A DNA stretch of 64,000 bases from Cyanophora paradoxa CCMP329 (lineage: Eukaryota; Plantae; Glaucophyta): contig QPMI01000556.1 in NCBI GenBank assembly GCA_004431415.1, forward strand, positions 1-64,000, read 5' to 3'. The notes beneath the pieces are model-generated. The model made no database searches and was not told the origin of the DNA. It saw nothing but the letters and a program-made list of their open reading frames with translations. Shown one piece after another: positions 13,292 through 23,530 of this stretch (positions are counted from its first letter, which is position 1; each line of letters starts with the position of its first letter). The translations under genes and the position numbers were made by a program.

Positions 13292-13352
13292 AACTCTTCC
13301 CAAGTCCCAAGTCCAAGTCCCAAGTCCCAAGTCCCAAGTCCCAAGTCCCAGG
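13292..13352 (-). repeat. Third (GGGACTT)n heptamer array
   Basis: aactcttcccaagtcccaagtccaagt(cccaagt)n cccagg, with the same flanks as the other two arrays. Confidence 0.9.
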
Positions 13353-13722
13353 TCCCATTTTTCTCCCATTTTGACTCGAGATTTTGCCCAAGTCCAAATC
13401 CGGACCGGGATTCGAACCCTCGTTTCGATCGATTTCACGCGTGAAAAACGCACTTTTCGGCCTTTTCGCATTTATTTTCTCTACCCGGCCCAAAATGGAC
13501 CCCTCCCCGAAATCGCGATCGAAAATGGTCGCGATCGTCTCGTTTTCGCGATCGTCGTGATCGGAATCGTCATCGCGATCGTCGCGATCATGGTGATCAC
13601 CAGCCTCGTCTACGGTACCCCCAGCTGTGACCCGGAGGTTATAAGAACCTCCGCAATCCAAGCGTCACTTCCGAGTCTCGAGCTCTCGGGTTGACTTTTC
13701 GCGTTTGGCCCATTGTTGGCCC

Positions 13723-14115
13723 TCATATATATTGAGGGCGGGGCGGGGCCGGGGCCCCGGGCTAGAGCATGTCCATGAGTCCTCCATGCCCACCGCCGCC
13801 GCCTCCTCCTTCACCGCCGCCCCCCCCCCCCCCCCCCCCCCCCGCCGCCCCCGCCGCCTCGGGGCCGGCGCCAGCTTCCCGATGAACTACGCGCGCGCGC
13901 CCCCGCCGGGCCCCGGCCGCGGGCCTGGGCCCCAGGCCCCCAGCCCGCCGGCCCGGCCCGCCGTACGGTAGAAGGGATGACATTCAGCAACCCCGCCCCG
14001 GGGGGTTCAAGCGTGAGGGGTTCAAGACTAGGAAACGGCGGAGGAGGGCCGGCGCGGGGGCGGGGGCCCCGGGGCCCGGGCCGGCCGGGGGCGGCGGGGG
14101 GCCCCGGGCTAGAGC
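13723..14115. repeat. Repeat A (copy of 18719-19121), including a Ku80 last-exon-like sequence
   Basis: Near-identical to 18719-19121. Confidence 0.9.
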
Positions 14116-15056
14116 GGAGAGATAGCCTAAGGTGGCTTAGGTGTGGCGGTAGAGTTTAGACTCTGCCCTGTCGGGCAAGATTTGCTTGCACTGGGTGTCC
14201 TTTATCAACTCTAACCGTCCCGGGCGGCTGGCGCACGCAGGTACGAGGCCTGGTCATCAAATCCCGGACAGGCGAGGTACGCGCGTGACCGCGGCAGCTC
14301 GCTCTGTTTCTGCTCCGTGATGACGTGCAGAGCTTCATCAGCGGGGAGTCGTTACGACGGGGCCGTCTACGGCGATTGCGAAGCGGGCGCACCTCAAGGT
14401 GGCCGGACATCGCGTGGCGTCAACGCCTGGGCCTCGTGTGGGCCAATAGTGCGAGGAAAGATAGAGTAAACGAATTCCGAACGTACCATAACCGCTTTGG
14501 ATACTTCAGAAGGCGCGGTTTGAATTTCAGCATGCCGCATGGCGACATGGCGAGCTGAAGGAGCATCACGACAGTGCCGGAAGAACCTGAGCTCGGAGCT
14601 CATGAGTCTGCATATGCCGGAGAGCAAGAGGGGCACGCACCGAGCTTCGAAGCTTCACGGGTATGCGAATAGGAGGGGGCGTGAACGCCACGGGGGTACG
14701 AGTTTAAACCCCGTTCATATGTATATGCAGTTGCAGCTGCGCTGCGCGCAGCGCATACGTAACGTGCATTCGTGCATTACGAGGTGAGCTCTGAAGTTCC
14801 TTCGAAATCTCGAACGGCAGTGAGATCTAGATTTATACTTCAAGGCTTGCAGAACTCGAGAGAGTACTATGCTCGAGGCTGAGCTTGAGCGGAATTCGAA
14901 TGCTCAGGCAGCGCGTGCCATTATGTAATTTGATTCATAACAGCCGAGGCGCAGCGCGCGGCGGGGGGCGGCCGCGCGCTGCGCCGAGGCTGTACCCACC
15001 ACTGACCCGACGGCGTTGAAGCCATCCGGCCGCGGCCTGCAGGGAATCGCGATTGG
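14114..15056. repeat. Repeat B (~940 bp, copy of 17473-18414)
   Basis: Near-identical sequence; identical ORF translations in the track (14156/17515, 14325/17684, 14394/17753). Confidence 0.95.
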
Positions 15057-15260
15057 TTTTGCGATTGCGAGCATGGACAGGAAATATGAAAGCCCAATTG
15101 CAAGTGCGCACGTGCATGCGGGGCTTTAGCCAGAGAAGTATCGATGGCCATATCCTGTCGCTCGCGTCAGAGCAGGCAGGCGGCCACCGATGAATGAAAA
15201 GTCATCACGTTGAGGATAGGGGGAATTTCGCAATTCCAAGGCGATAGAGAAATGAGTATA

Positions 15261-16520
15261 TCGTTAACGATGGGTATTGGGGTACGCTCTTGCGGAAGCG
15301 GCGATCTAGGGTACGCCATATTGAAAAGGCTTAGGGGCTGCGATGGCGCCGAGGCTCGATTGCGGGTACGTCGCGGTTGACGAAACTAGGGGTACGTCGT
15401 TAACGACGGGCATGGGGGTACGCTCTTGCGGAAGCGGCGATCTAGGGTACGCCATATTGAAAAGGCTTAGGGGCTGCGATAGCGCCGAGGCTTGATTACG
15501 GGTACGTCGCGGTTGACGGAACTAGGGGTACGTCGTTAACGACGGGCATGGGGGGTACGCTCTTGCGGAAGCGGCGATCTAGGGTACGCCATATTGAAAA
15601 GGCTTAGGGGCTGCGATAGCGCCGAGGCTCGATTGCGGGTACGTCGCGTTTGACGGAACTAGGGGTACGTCGTTAACGACGGGCATAGGGGGTACGCTCT
15701 CGCGGAAGCGGCGATCTAGGGTACGCCATATTGAAAAGGCTTAGGGGCTGCGATAGCGCCGAGGCTCGATTGCGGGTACGTCGCGGTTGACGGAACTAGG
15801 GGTACGTCGTTAATGACGGGCATAGGGGGTACGCTCTCGCGGAAGCGGCGATCTAGGGTACGCCATATCGAAAAGGCTTAGGGGCTGCGATAGCGCCGAG
15901 GCTTGATTACGGGTACGTCGCGGTTGACGGAACTAGGGGTACGTCGTTAACGACGGGCATGGGGGGTACGCTCTTGCGGAAGCGGCGATCTAGGGTACGC
16001 CATATTGAAAAGGCTTAGGGGCTGCGATAGCGCCGAGGCTCGATTGCGGGTACGTCGCGGTTGACGGAAATAGGGGTGCGCCGTTAACGACGGGCATAGG
16101 GGGTACGCTCTCGCGGAAGCGGCGATCTAGGGTACGCCATATTGAAAAGGCTTAGGGGCTGCGATAGCGCCGAGGCTCGATTGCGGGTACGTCGCGGTTG
16201 ACGGAACTAGGGGTACGTCGTTAATGACGGGCATAGGGGGTACGCTCTCGCGGAAGCGGCGATCTAGGGTACGCCATATTGAAAAGGCTTAGGGGCTGCG
16301 ATAGCGCCGAGGCTTGATTACGGGTACGTCGCGGTTGACGGAACTAGGGGTACGTCGTTAACGACGGGCATGGGGGGTACGCTCTTGCGGAAGCGGCGAT
16401 CTAGGGTACGCCATATTGAAAAGGCTTAGGGGCTGCGATAGCGCCGAGGCTCGATTGCGGGTACGTCGCGGTTGACGGAAATAGGGGTACGCCGTTAACG
16501 ACGGGCATGGGGGGTACGCC
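15261..16520. repeat. 137-bp tandem satellite, ~9 copies, with 3-unit higher-order structure
   Basis: gcggaagcggcgatctagg recurs at 15292, 15428, 15565, 15702, 15839, 15976, 16113, 16250 and 16387. Confidence 0.95.
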
Positions 16521-17472
16521 ATTGTTGAAGCGTTAATCTAGGGTACGGTATTTAAACGTTTGATTGACGTTATTGATCCGACGGGCAAGTCGTGCTAGAA
16601 GGAGATCCAGGACGCACCTCAATTTGCAAGATCGAGGATGGAGCATCTGGCTGCATCTGGATCGATGAATGCTTTGAGCGGGGCGAGAAAGGATAGCTTG
16701 ACTATCAAATACACGCACTTGCCTAGTCCTGTGCCTGGCGAAGGGCTCGTGCTGCCACGGTCTTGTTGGTGCTGGAAGCTCCAGAAGCTCAGAAAAAGAG
16801 CGTTCCTTTTCCTTTGCGTAAGCCAGGGGAGACCTGCGATAAGGCGCGATTGGTCGCGGCGCGGTGAAGCGCAAGATAAGGAAAGCGCGGCAGGGCGCGG
16901 TTCACATACGAGCAAGGCATCCGGAAACGGAGGAGAAGCTGTGGCCGCTCCGCGGGACAGCGTGAAGCGCGCAGCTGATCGCCGTGTTCGCTTCTGCACC
17001 TACTGGCGCGAGTAAGATGAACTTGAGCTCAATATGCGCTCAAGGAACGAGCTGCGGACATGCCGTGGTCGACGACGATAATTTGCTAAAGTTGGCCGGC
17101 AGCTCTGCGCCGTACCGGATTAGTGCATAGAAGAGATCTATCAACTATGCCAGCCTCACGTTGCTAAGCACGTGGCGTTTCATGTGTGAAGGTCGAGAGT
17201 TCTGAGTCGCGGAGGTTTTGCAATTTGATCGTCATCACGGAAGGACCTGCGATCAGCAAGTCATCAGAGCGAAGCTGCGGCATGAGCTGAGCAGCCGGGA
17301 TTGACGGTAGGGAGGAAAGCAGAACCGCGGATGTCGCGGCGAGTGGAACACCTAACCGGGCGGTGGGCCCGGATCCGACGCGGGGGAGGACTTGCCACTA
17401 GGGTCACCGGGAGGTCATCACTTATAGGTTGTCCAAGCCTATAAGCTCGCTGAGCGGCGAGGCAAGAAGCGC

Positions 17473-18414
17473 GCGGAGAGATAGCCTAAGGTGGCTTAGG
17501 TGTGGCGGTAGAGTTTAGACTCTGCCCTGTCGGGCAAGATTTGCTTGCACTGGGTGTCCTTTATCAACTCTAACCGTCCCGGGCGGCTGGCGCACGCAGG
17601 TACGAGGCCTGGTCATCAAATCCCGGACAGGCGAGGTACGCGCGTGACCGCGGCAGCTCGCTCTGTTTCTGCTCCGTGATGACGTGCAGAGCTTCATCAG
17701 CGGGGAGTCGTTACGACGGGGCCGTCTACGGCGATTGCGAAGCGGGCGCACCTCAAGGTGGCCGGACATCGCGTGGCGTCAACGCCTGGGCCTCGTGTGG
17801 GCCAATAGTGCGAGGAAAGATAGAGTAAACGAATTCCGAACGTACCATAACCGCTTTGGATACTTCAGAAGGCGCGGTTTGAATTTCAGCATGCCGCATG
17901 GCGACATGGCGAGCTGAAGGAGCATCACGACAGTGCCGGAAGAACCTGAGCTCGGAGCTCATGAGTCTGCATATGCCGGAGAGCAAGAGGGGCACGCACC
18001 GAGCTTCGAAGCTTCACGGGTATGCGAATAGGAGGGGCGTGAACGCCACGGGGGTACGAGTTTAAACCCCGTTCATATGTATATGCAGTTGCAGCTGCGC
18101 TGCGCGCAGCGCATACGTAACGTGCATTCGTGCATTACGAGGTGAGCTCTGAAGTTCCTTCGAAATCTCGAACGGCAGTGAGATCTAGATTTATACTTCA
18201 AGGCTTGCAGAACTCGAGAGAGTACTATGCTCGAGGCTGAGCTTGAGCGGAATTCGAATGCTCAGGCAGCGCGTGCCATTATGTAATTTGATTCATAACA
18301 GCCGAGGCGCAGCGCGCGGCGGGGGGCGGCCGCGCGCTGCGCCGAGGCTGTACCCACCACTGACCCGACGGCGTTGAAGCCATCCGGCCGCGGCCTGCAG
18401 GGAATCGCGATTGG
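17473..18414. repeat. Repeat B' (copy of 14114-15056)
   Basis: Direct sequence identity. Confidence 0.95.
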
Positions 18415-18718
18415 CGGTCGTCCATGCGCACCCGCCTGGCCCAGGCTCGGCGGTCGTCCATGCGCACCCGCCTGGCCCAGGCTCGCAGGTCCCCCGAGAG
18501 CGCCCCGCTCGCCTCTGAGTCGACCTATGCGCATGACATGCGACTCGTGATGCGAGTATGCGAGAGTCAGAGAGTCAGGTTACAGTACGCATCTCGGATC
18601 ATGGGATTCATGGCATGCCGCACGGCCCGCACCGTGGCACGCCGCATGCCGCATGCGGCATGCCGCATATGCGCGCGGCGTCGACTTTGCAATTGGCGCC
18701 ATGCTACGTATACCGTGA

Positions 18719-19121
18719 TCATATATATATTGAGGGCGGGGGCGGGGCCGGGGCCCCGGGCTAGAGCATGTCCATGAGGTCCTCCATGCCCACCGCCGCC
18801 GCCTCCTCCTTCACCGCCGCCCCCCCCCCCCCCCCCCCCCCCCCCGCCCCCGCCGCCCCCGCCGCCTCGGGGCCGGCGCCAGCTTCCCGATGAACTACGC
18901 GCGCGCGCCCCGCCGGGCCCCGGCCGCGGGCCTGGCCCCAGGCCCCCAGCCCGCCGGCCCGGCCCGCCGTACGGTAGAAGGGATGACATTCAGCAACCCC
19001 GCCCCGGGGGGTTCAAGCGTGAGGGATTCAAGACTAGGAAAGGGCGGAGGAGGGCCGGCGCGGGGGCGGGGGCCCCGGGGCCCGGGCCGGCCGGGGGCGG
19101 CGGGGGGCCCCGGGCTAGAGC
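18719..19121. repeat. Repeat A' containing a diverged duplicate of the Ku80 terminal exon (18761-~18894, minus strand)
   Basis: Minus strand TAG|TTCATCGGGAAGCTGGCG...AVKEEAAAVGMEDLMDML*. Confidence 0.85.
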
Positions 19122-21068
19122 ATGTCCATGAAGTCCTCCATGCCCTCCGCCGCCGCCTCCCCCTTGGGCTCGGCCCCCCCCTCCTCCTCCTCCTCCTTCA
19201 CCGCCGCCCCCGCCCCCGCCCCCGCCCCCGCCTCGGGCCCCGGCGCCAGCTTCCCGATGAACTGCGCGCGCGCGCGCGCGGGGCGCGCGTCAGAGAAGGC
19301 GGCGCGGGGCGGGAGAGAGGGGAGGGGGGAAGGGCGGGGCCGCGCCTGGCGGGCCTCGTCGGGGGTGACGGAGCCGGCCTCGCCGTACACCTCGTCCCCC
19401 GTGATCAGCGACACCTGCCGGCCCCGCCCGGGGCCCCGCTCAAGGCAGGCGGGCGGGCGGGCGAGGCGATCGAGGCGGGGCGATCGAGGATGCTTGAGCG
19501 CGCGTGGATGTTGCTCTAGAATCCGATCGAGGCGGGGCGGTCGAGGATGCTTAAGCGCGCGTGGGTGCTGCTCTGGAATCCGGAAGAGGGGGGAGGAGGG
19601 CGGCGCACGTCCTTGGCGACGACGTGCGCCTCCCAGAACTCCCGGCGCGGCCCGGGGCCTTCCAGGCACAGCGCCTTCAGCCGCCGCAGGAACTCGTTGA
19701 ACCGCCGCGGCTCCTCGTTCTGCGCGGGAGGAGGGGTCGCGGGTGGAGGGGCGGGGCAGGGGAGGGCGGGGGCCAGGGTGCGGACCGTGACGCAGCCCTC
19801 GCGGAGGGCGGCGAGGGCGTCGGCGACCTTGCGGAAGAGGGCGGCGCTGCCCCGCGGGGCCTCCAGCAGCCGCAAGATCACCTGCGCGCCCCGCCCCGCC
19901 CCGCCCCGCGCTCGGAGCGGCGACACGCGGGGGACGGGCGGGCGGGCGGGGCCGGGGCCGGGGGCGGGCCTCGGAGAGGCCGGAGACGGCCTCCTCGACG
20001 CGGTCGCGCGAGCGGTCCCCGATGATCGCCTCGAAGCTGCCCCGCGGGTCCTCGCTCGTCACCTTCGCCGGCCGCCGCCCCTCCGCCATGATGCTCTGTC
20101 CTCCCCGCCGTGAGCGCGGCGGGGAGAAGGGGGGCGGGGGCGGGGAGGGGGAGGGGGCCCACGTCGATTCGGAGCTCCTGGGAGGGGATGGGCGCCGTCG
20201 CCGCCGGCGCGTCCCTCGCCCGCTGCCGCCCGTCTCGGCGGGGGCGGGAGGGAAGGAAGGGAGGGGGCGGGGCGGGGGGACCTTGGCGTCGGGCCCGTCG
20301 GCGTCGGCGGCGTCCCAGGCCGAGGCCGGCCGCTTCGCCCCCGGCGTCCCGTCCGCCCCCGCCTCGCCCCGCCTCGCCGCCTTCTCTGCGGCCCCGCCCC
20401 CGCGCCTCAGCCGGGCCGGGCGGCGCGGGGCGCACGCCAGGCCCGTCGCACCGATCTTGGCGAGGGGGAAGAGCTCGCGGAAGCGCTCGACCTCCTTCGC
20501 GCAGTGGGGCAGCACCTCCTCCGACGGGTCAACCATCCTGCGGGGGGCGCGGCCTCGGGCGGGCGGAGGGGGGCACGGGGGGACCGCGTGCACCGCGCGA
20601 GGCGCTCGTCCTCGACGGGGACGGGGCAGGTCGGGTCCAGCGCCCGCGCCGGCAGCGTCCGGTACAGCCGCTGCGCGCAGGCGGAGGAGCTCGCCCGGCC
20701 GCCGCCGCGCGGGGCGGGCGAGGGCGGGCGAGGGCGAGGGGGAGGGCGCGCCTGGAGGGCGGGGTTGAACGTGTTCTTCGGCTTCAGCAGCTCGCCCCCG
20801 GCGCTGCGCGGAGGAGCGTTCAGATCGGCGCAAGGCCAAACGACGCGGGCAGACGGGGCGGGCGGCAGGCACTCGGCGGCGACGGCGGGCGACGTGAGGT
20901 CCATGGCGCGGATGAGGGCCTCGGCGGCGGCGAGCTGCTCCCCGCTCGGCCCCCGCCGCGCGTCCCTCGCGAAGTCCTCGAACTGGAGCTCCCGGATGTC
21001 CTCCGCGAAGGGCAGCTGCACGAACACGAAGCCCTCGTACCCCGCCTTCACCCCTGCCCCGGGAGGTG

Positions 21069-21100
<32 letters not shown>

Positions 21101-23331
21101 TGGGAGGGGCAGCAGGGGGGGGAGGGTGACGCACGGGGGTAGAGGGCGCCCATCTTGACGGGGGCGTCCTTCTGGTAGACGAAGCGGACGACGGCGGCGG
21201 CGGCGCGCTCCTCCATGGCGCGGGCGAGGGAGGAGGCGGCGACGGCGGCGCGCTCGTTGCCGGGCTCGGGGACCCAGAGGTCGGCCCCGCTCTTGAAGTA
21301 GTGGCGGGGGACGGAGGCGGCGGGGACGAAGCCGATGAGCTCCGCGTGGCGCTCGCCGGTCTTGTACTTGAGGCTCTTGTACTCGTCCTTGTGGAACTTG
21401 ACCTTGTCGCGCCCGTAGCTGAACGCGTACTCCAGGTTCGCCACCTCCACCTGCCGGGCGGCGGGCGGGCGGGCAGTGAGGGGGCGACAAGAGGAAGAGG
21501 AGGGGGCGGGCGGGCGGGCGGGCACGTCGGTGTCCCTCTCGTCCGTCTTGGTCGGGTCGACGTCCCTCAGCTTGTAGCGCATCGACCGCATCACCTTGAT
21601 CTGCTCCCTCGCTGCGGTACCCCGGCTCGGGGGTGCGGTGGGGGGGGGGGGGGGGGGGGGGGGTATGCGCGCCGTCCTCGGCGGCCCTCTCCTCGGGGGT
21701 CATCGACTCCAGCTTCTCCTTGTTGAACAGCTGCGCGCCGGCTCTCGGGGGGTACGCGGGCCCGGGAGGGAAGGGGCGGGCCTTGAAGGAGGGGTACCGC
21801 ATCTCGGCCGTCTTCGTGAAGGACCACAGCTGAGAGGGCGCGTCACGGCGTCGGGCAGGGAAGAAGTGCGGGGCGGGGCGGGGCGGGGTACCGGTATGCG
21901 GAACTTGTGGCCGACCTTGGCGGGGCCGTCGAGGCCGGGGCCGGAGGCGGACGGGGGCGCCGGCATCTCCAGACCGATCCCGAACCCGAAACGGGCCTTG
22001 GAGGTCTGCGGGCCCGGCGAAGCCTCGGCGGAGGGGGGGGCGGGGCGGGGGGTGCGCGGCGGCGGCGGGCCTGTCTGACGGTGCGGGAGCGGAAGCCCGA
22101 GAGGAGCCCGAGCGCCTCGTGGATGGTCAGGACCGACCCCTCCGGCAGCTGCCCCGCGCCCCCGCGGCTCGGGGCGGGGCGGAGCGGAGAGGCGCGGCGC
22201 GGAGCGGGCGCACCGAGTCGGCGATCTGCCTCAGCAGCATCTCGTTCTTCCTCTGCGGTCCCGTAACGGCCAGCAGCGCGCGCGTGAGCCCGGCCCGGTC
22301 GCGCCCGGCGCGCGCGCGCGGGGGGGGGCCCGGGGGGCGGGAACGAGAGCGGACCTTCCGCTCGACGTCGGCGGGGGAGATGCGCTGTGCGGGGTCCGCC
22401 TGCGTGCCCGTGCCCGGGACGAAGTTGTTGTCATCGTCGACCTCCGCAAAGCCCAGGCCCCTGCGGCGCCCCCGGCGCGTCAGGGCGGCGGCGGCGGCGG
22501 GCGCGCCGGAGCGGCGGGGTCGGGCGGGGCGGGCGGGGGCGGGCGCGCATGACGAGGAAGCCCATGTTCTTTGCCTTCATCTCGGAGAGGATGGTCTCCA
22601 TCGCCGCCTCGCTCGGCGCCTCGAACGCGTCCGTCAGCAGCACGATCCGCGTCGACGCATTCCGCTGCGTCCTCGTCTTTCTGATGAGCTGCGCCGCCCG
22701 GTCAGCAGGGGCGTTCGCTGCGGGTCGCGCGGGGCGCCCGCCGACCATGTCCATCGCCACGACGATGGCGTCGATGACTGCCGGGGCGTGAGGGCGGCGG
22801 GGGTCGTCCGGGGCGAGGTTGCGCACAGTCGCAGCGCTTGCCGCCGGGCGGCAGCGATTCCACCCGCTTGAGAAGATTAGTTTTCGGCACTTCGATCTTC
22901 TGGAGCGCTTGAATGTTCTGCGCGGGCGCCCGTCGGTCCCCCGGTGAGCGTTCTCTTCGGCGGACGCACCTCGTAGTTGCCTTCGCCCAACTCCTCCGCT
23001 AAGTCATTGTCCGTAGCTGCAGCAGACAGGCTTCGGTCCGAGCGTCGTTCGGGCGCGGCGCCGGCGCGGCGGCGGCACCGAGGGGCGCGGACCTCGGGAA
23101 CCGAAGAGGAGCACGCCGACCTCGTCCTTTTTTGCATACAGAATCTTCTGCTCGACGAAGCTGCGCATCGCCTCCTGCGCCAGCTGCACGTACGTCCTGC
23201 CGTCCTTGAACTTCGTGCGGGCCATCGACGCGCCCACGTCGACGACCAGCACCACGGTCTCCTGTGCAGCGTTTCAGCGATCACCGCAGCGTCCCATCGC
23301 GCTTGCTCGCCTTCAATGCCCGCCCCGCCAT
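19115..23331 (-). CDS. KU80: Ku80 (ATP-dependent DNA helicase 2 subunit; NHEJ), ~23 exons; start codon approximate
   Basis: vWA N-terminus ETVVLVVDVGASM...DEVGVLLFGS.ATDNDLA; DFIDAIVVAMDM; RIVLLTDA; YAFSYG; FVQLPFAEDIRELQF; IRAMDL; LKPKNTFNPALQRLY; ALREGCV.NEEPRRFNEFL; LITGDE; C-terminal MEDFMDML (DNA-PKcs-binding-like). Confidence 0.95.
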
Positions 23332-23530
23332 CTTTGCGACTGGACTGCTGTACCCGGCAAAGGAGGCAGTGCCGCGCAAACCGCGGCACAGACGCGGTAC
23401 TAGGGGCAGCGGAAGCGTTTGCAGTGCTGTACTGTTCGTTGGAGGTCGTCGGGGACCGCCGCTTCTCGACCATCTTCCGTGCGGAGAAAAGCGCAGCCGC
23501 TCAGCCGGCGCTCTCAGTCGGCTGCGGAAG
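23332..23530. promoter_or_regulatory. Compact divergent promoter region between Ku80 and the SLC35B3-like gene
   Basis: Head-to-head ATGs ~200 bp apart; lower GC than the gene bodies. Confidence 0.5.

Larger units (their letters stand above)
1..13722. mobile_element. Endogenous Polinton-like virus / virophage-like element (partial; left end outside window, right boundary approximate)
   Basis: Densely packed intronless ORFs with lower GC than the host genes; virion-type genes (penton-like, S74 fibre, FN3/Gly-rich); AAAATG start contexts; repeat- and palindrome-rich right end. No major capsid protein, packaging ATPase or polymerase seen in the window. Confidence 0.6.

Noticed and set aside
10807-13352. 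Interstitial telomeres
   Set aside because: GGGACTT is not a telomere repeat I recognise; the arrays are short with conserved non-repeat flanks.
15261-16520. CRISPR or tandem RNA-gene array
   Set aside because: Whole units are near-identical with no variable spacers; no recognisable 5S, tRNA or snRNA motifs.
16533-17470. Protein-coding gene
   Set aside because: Short overlapping ORFs without motifs, host-like codon bias or intron signatures.
14114-18414. LTR retrotransposon bounded by B/B'
   Set aside because: No TG...CA ends, PBS, PPT, TSD or gag/pol remnants; better explained by the permuted duplication.
19465-19582. Mini-transposon in a Ku80 intron
   Set aside because: Only a ~57-bp local tandem duplication with no TIR or TSD.
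19115-23331. Ku80 as viral cargo or functionally linked to the viral insertions
   Set aside because: Fully intronated host-type gene; proximity alone is not evidence.
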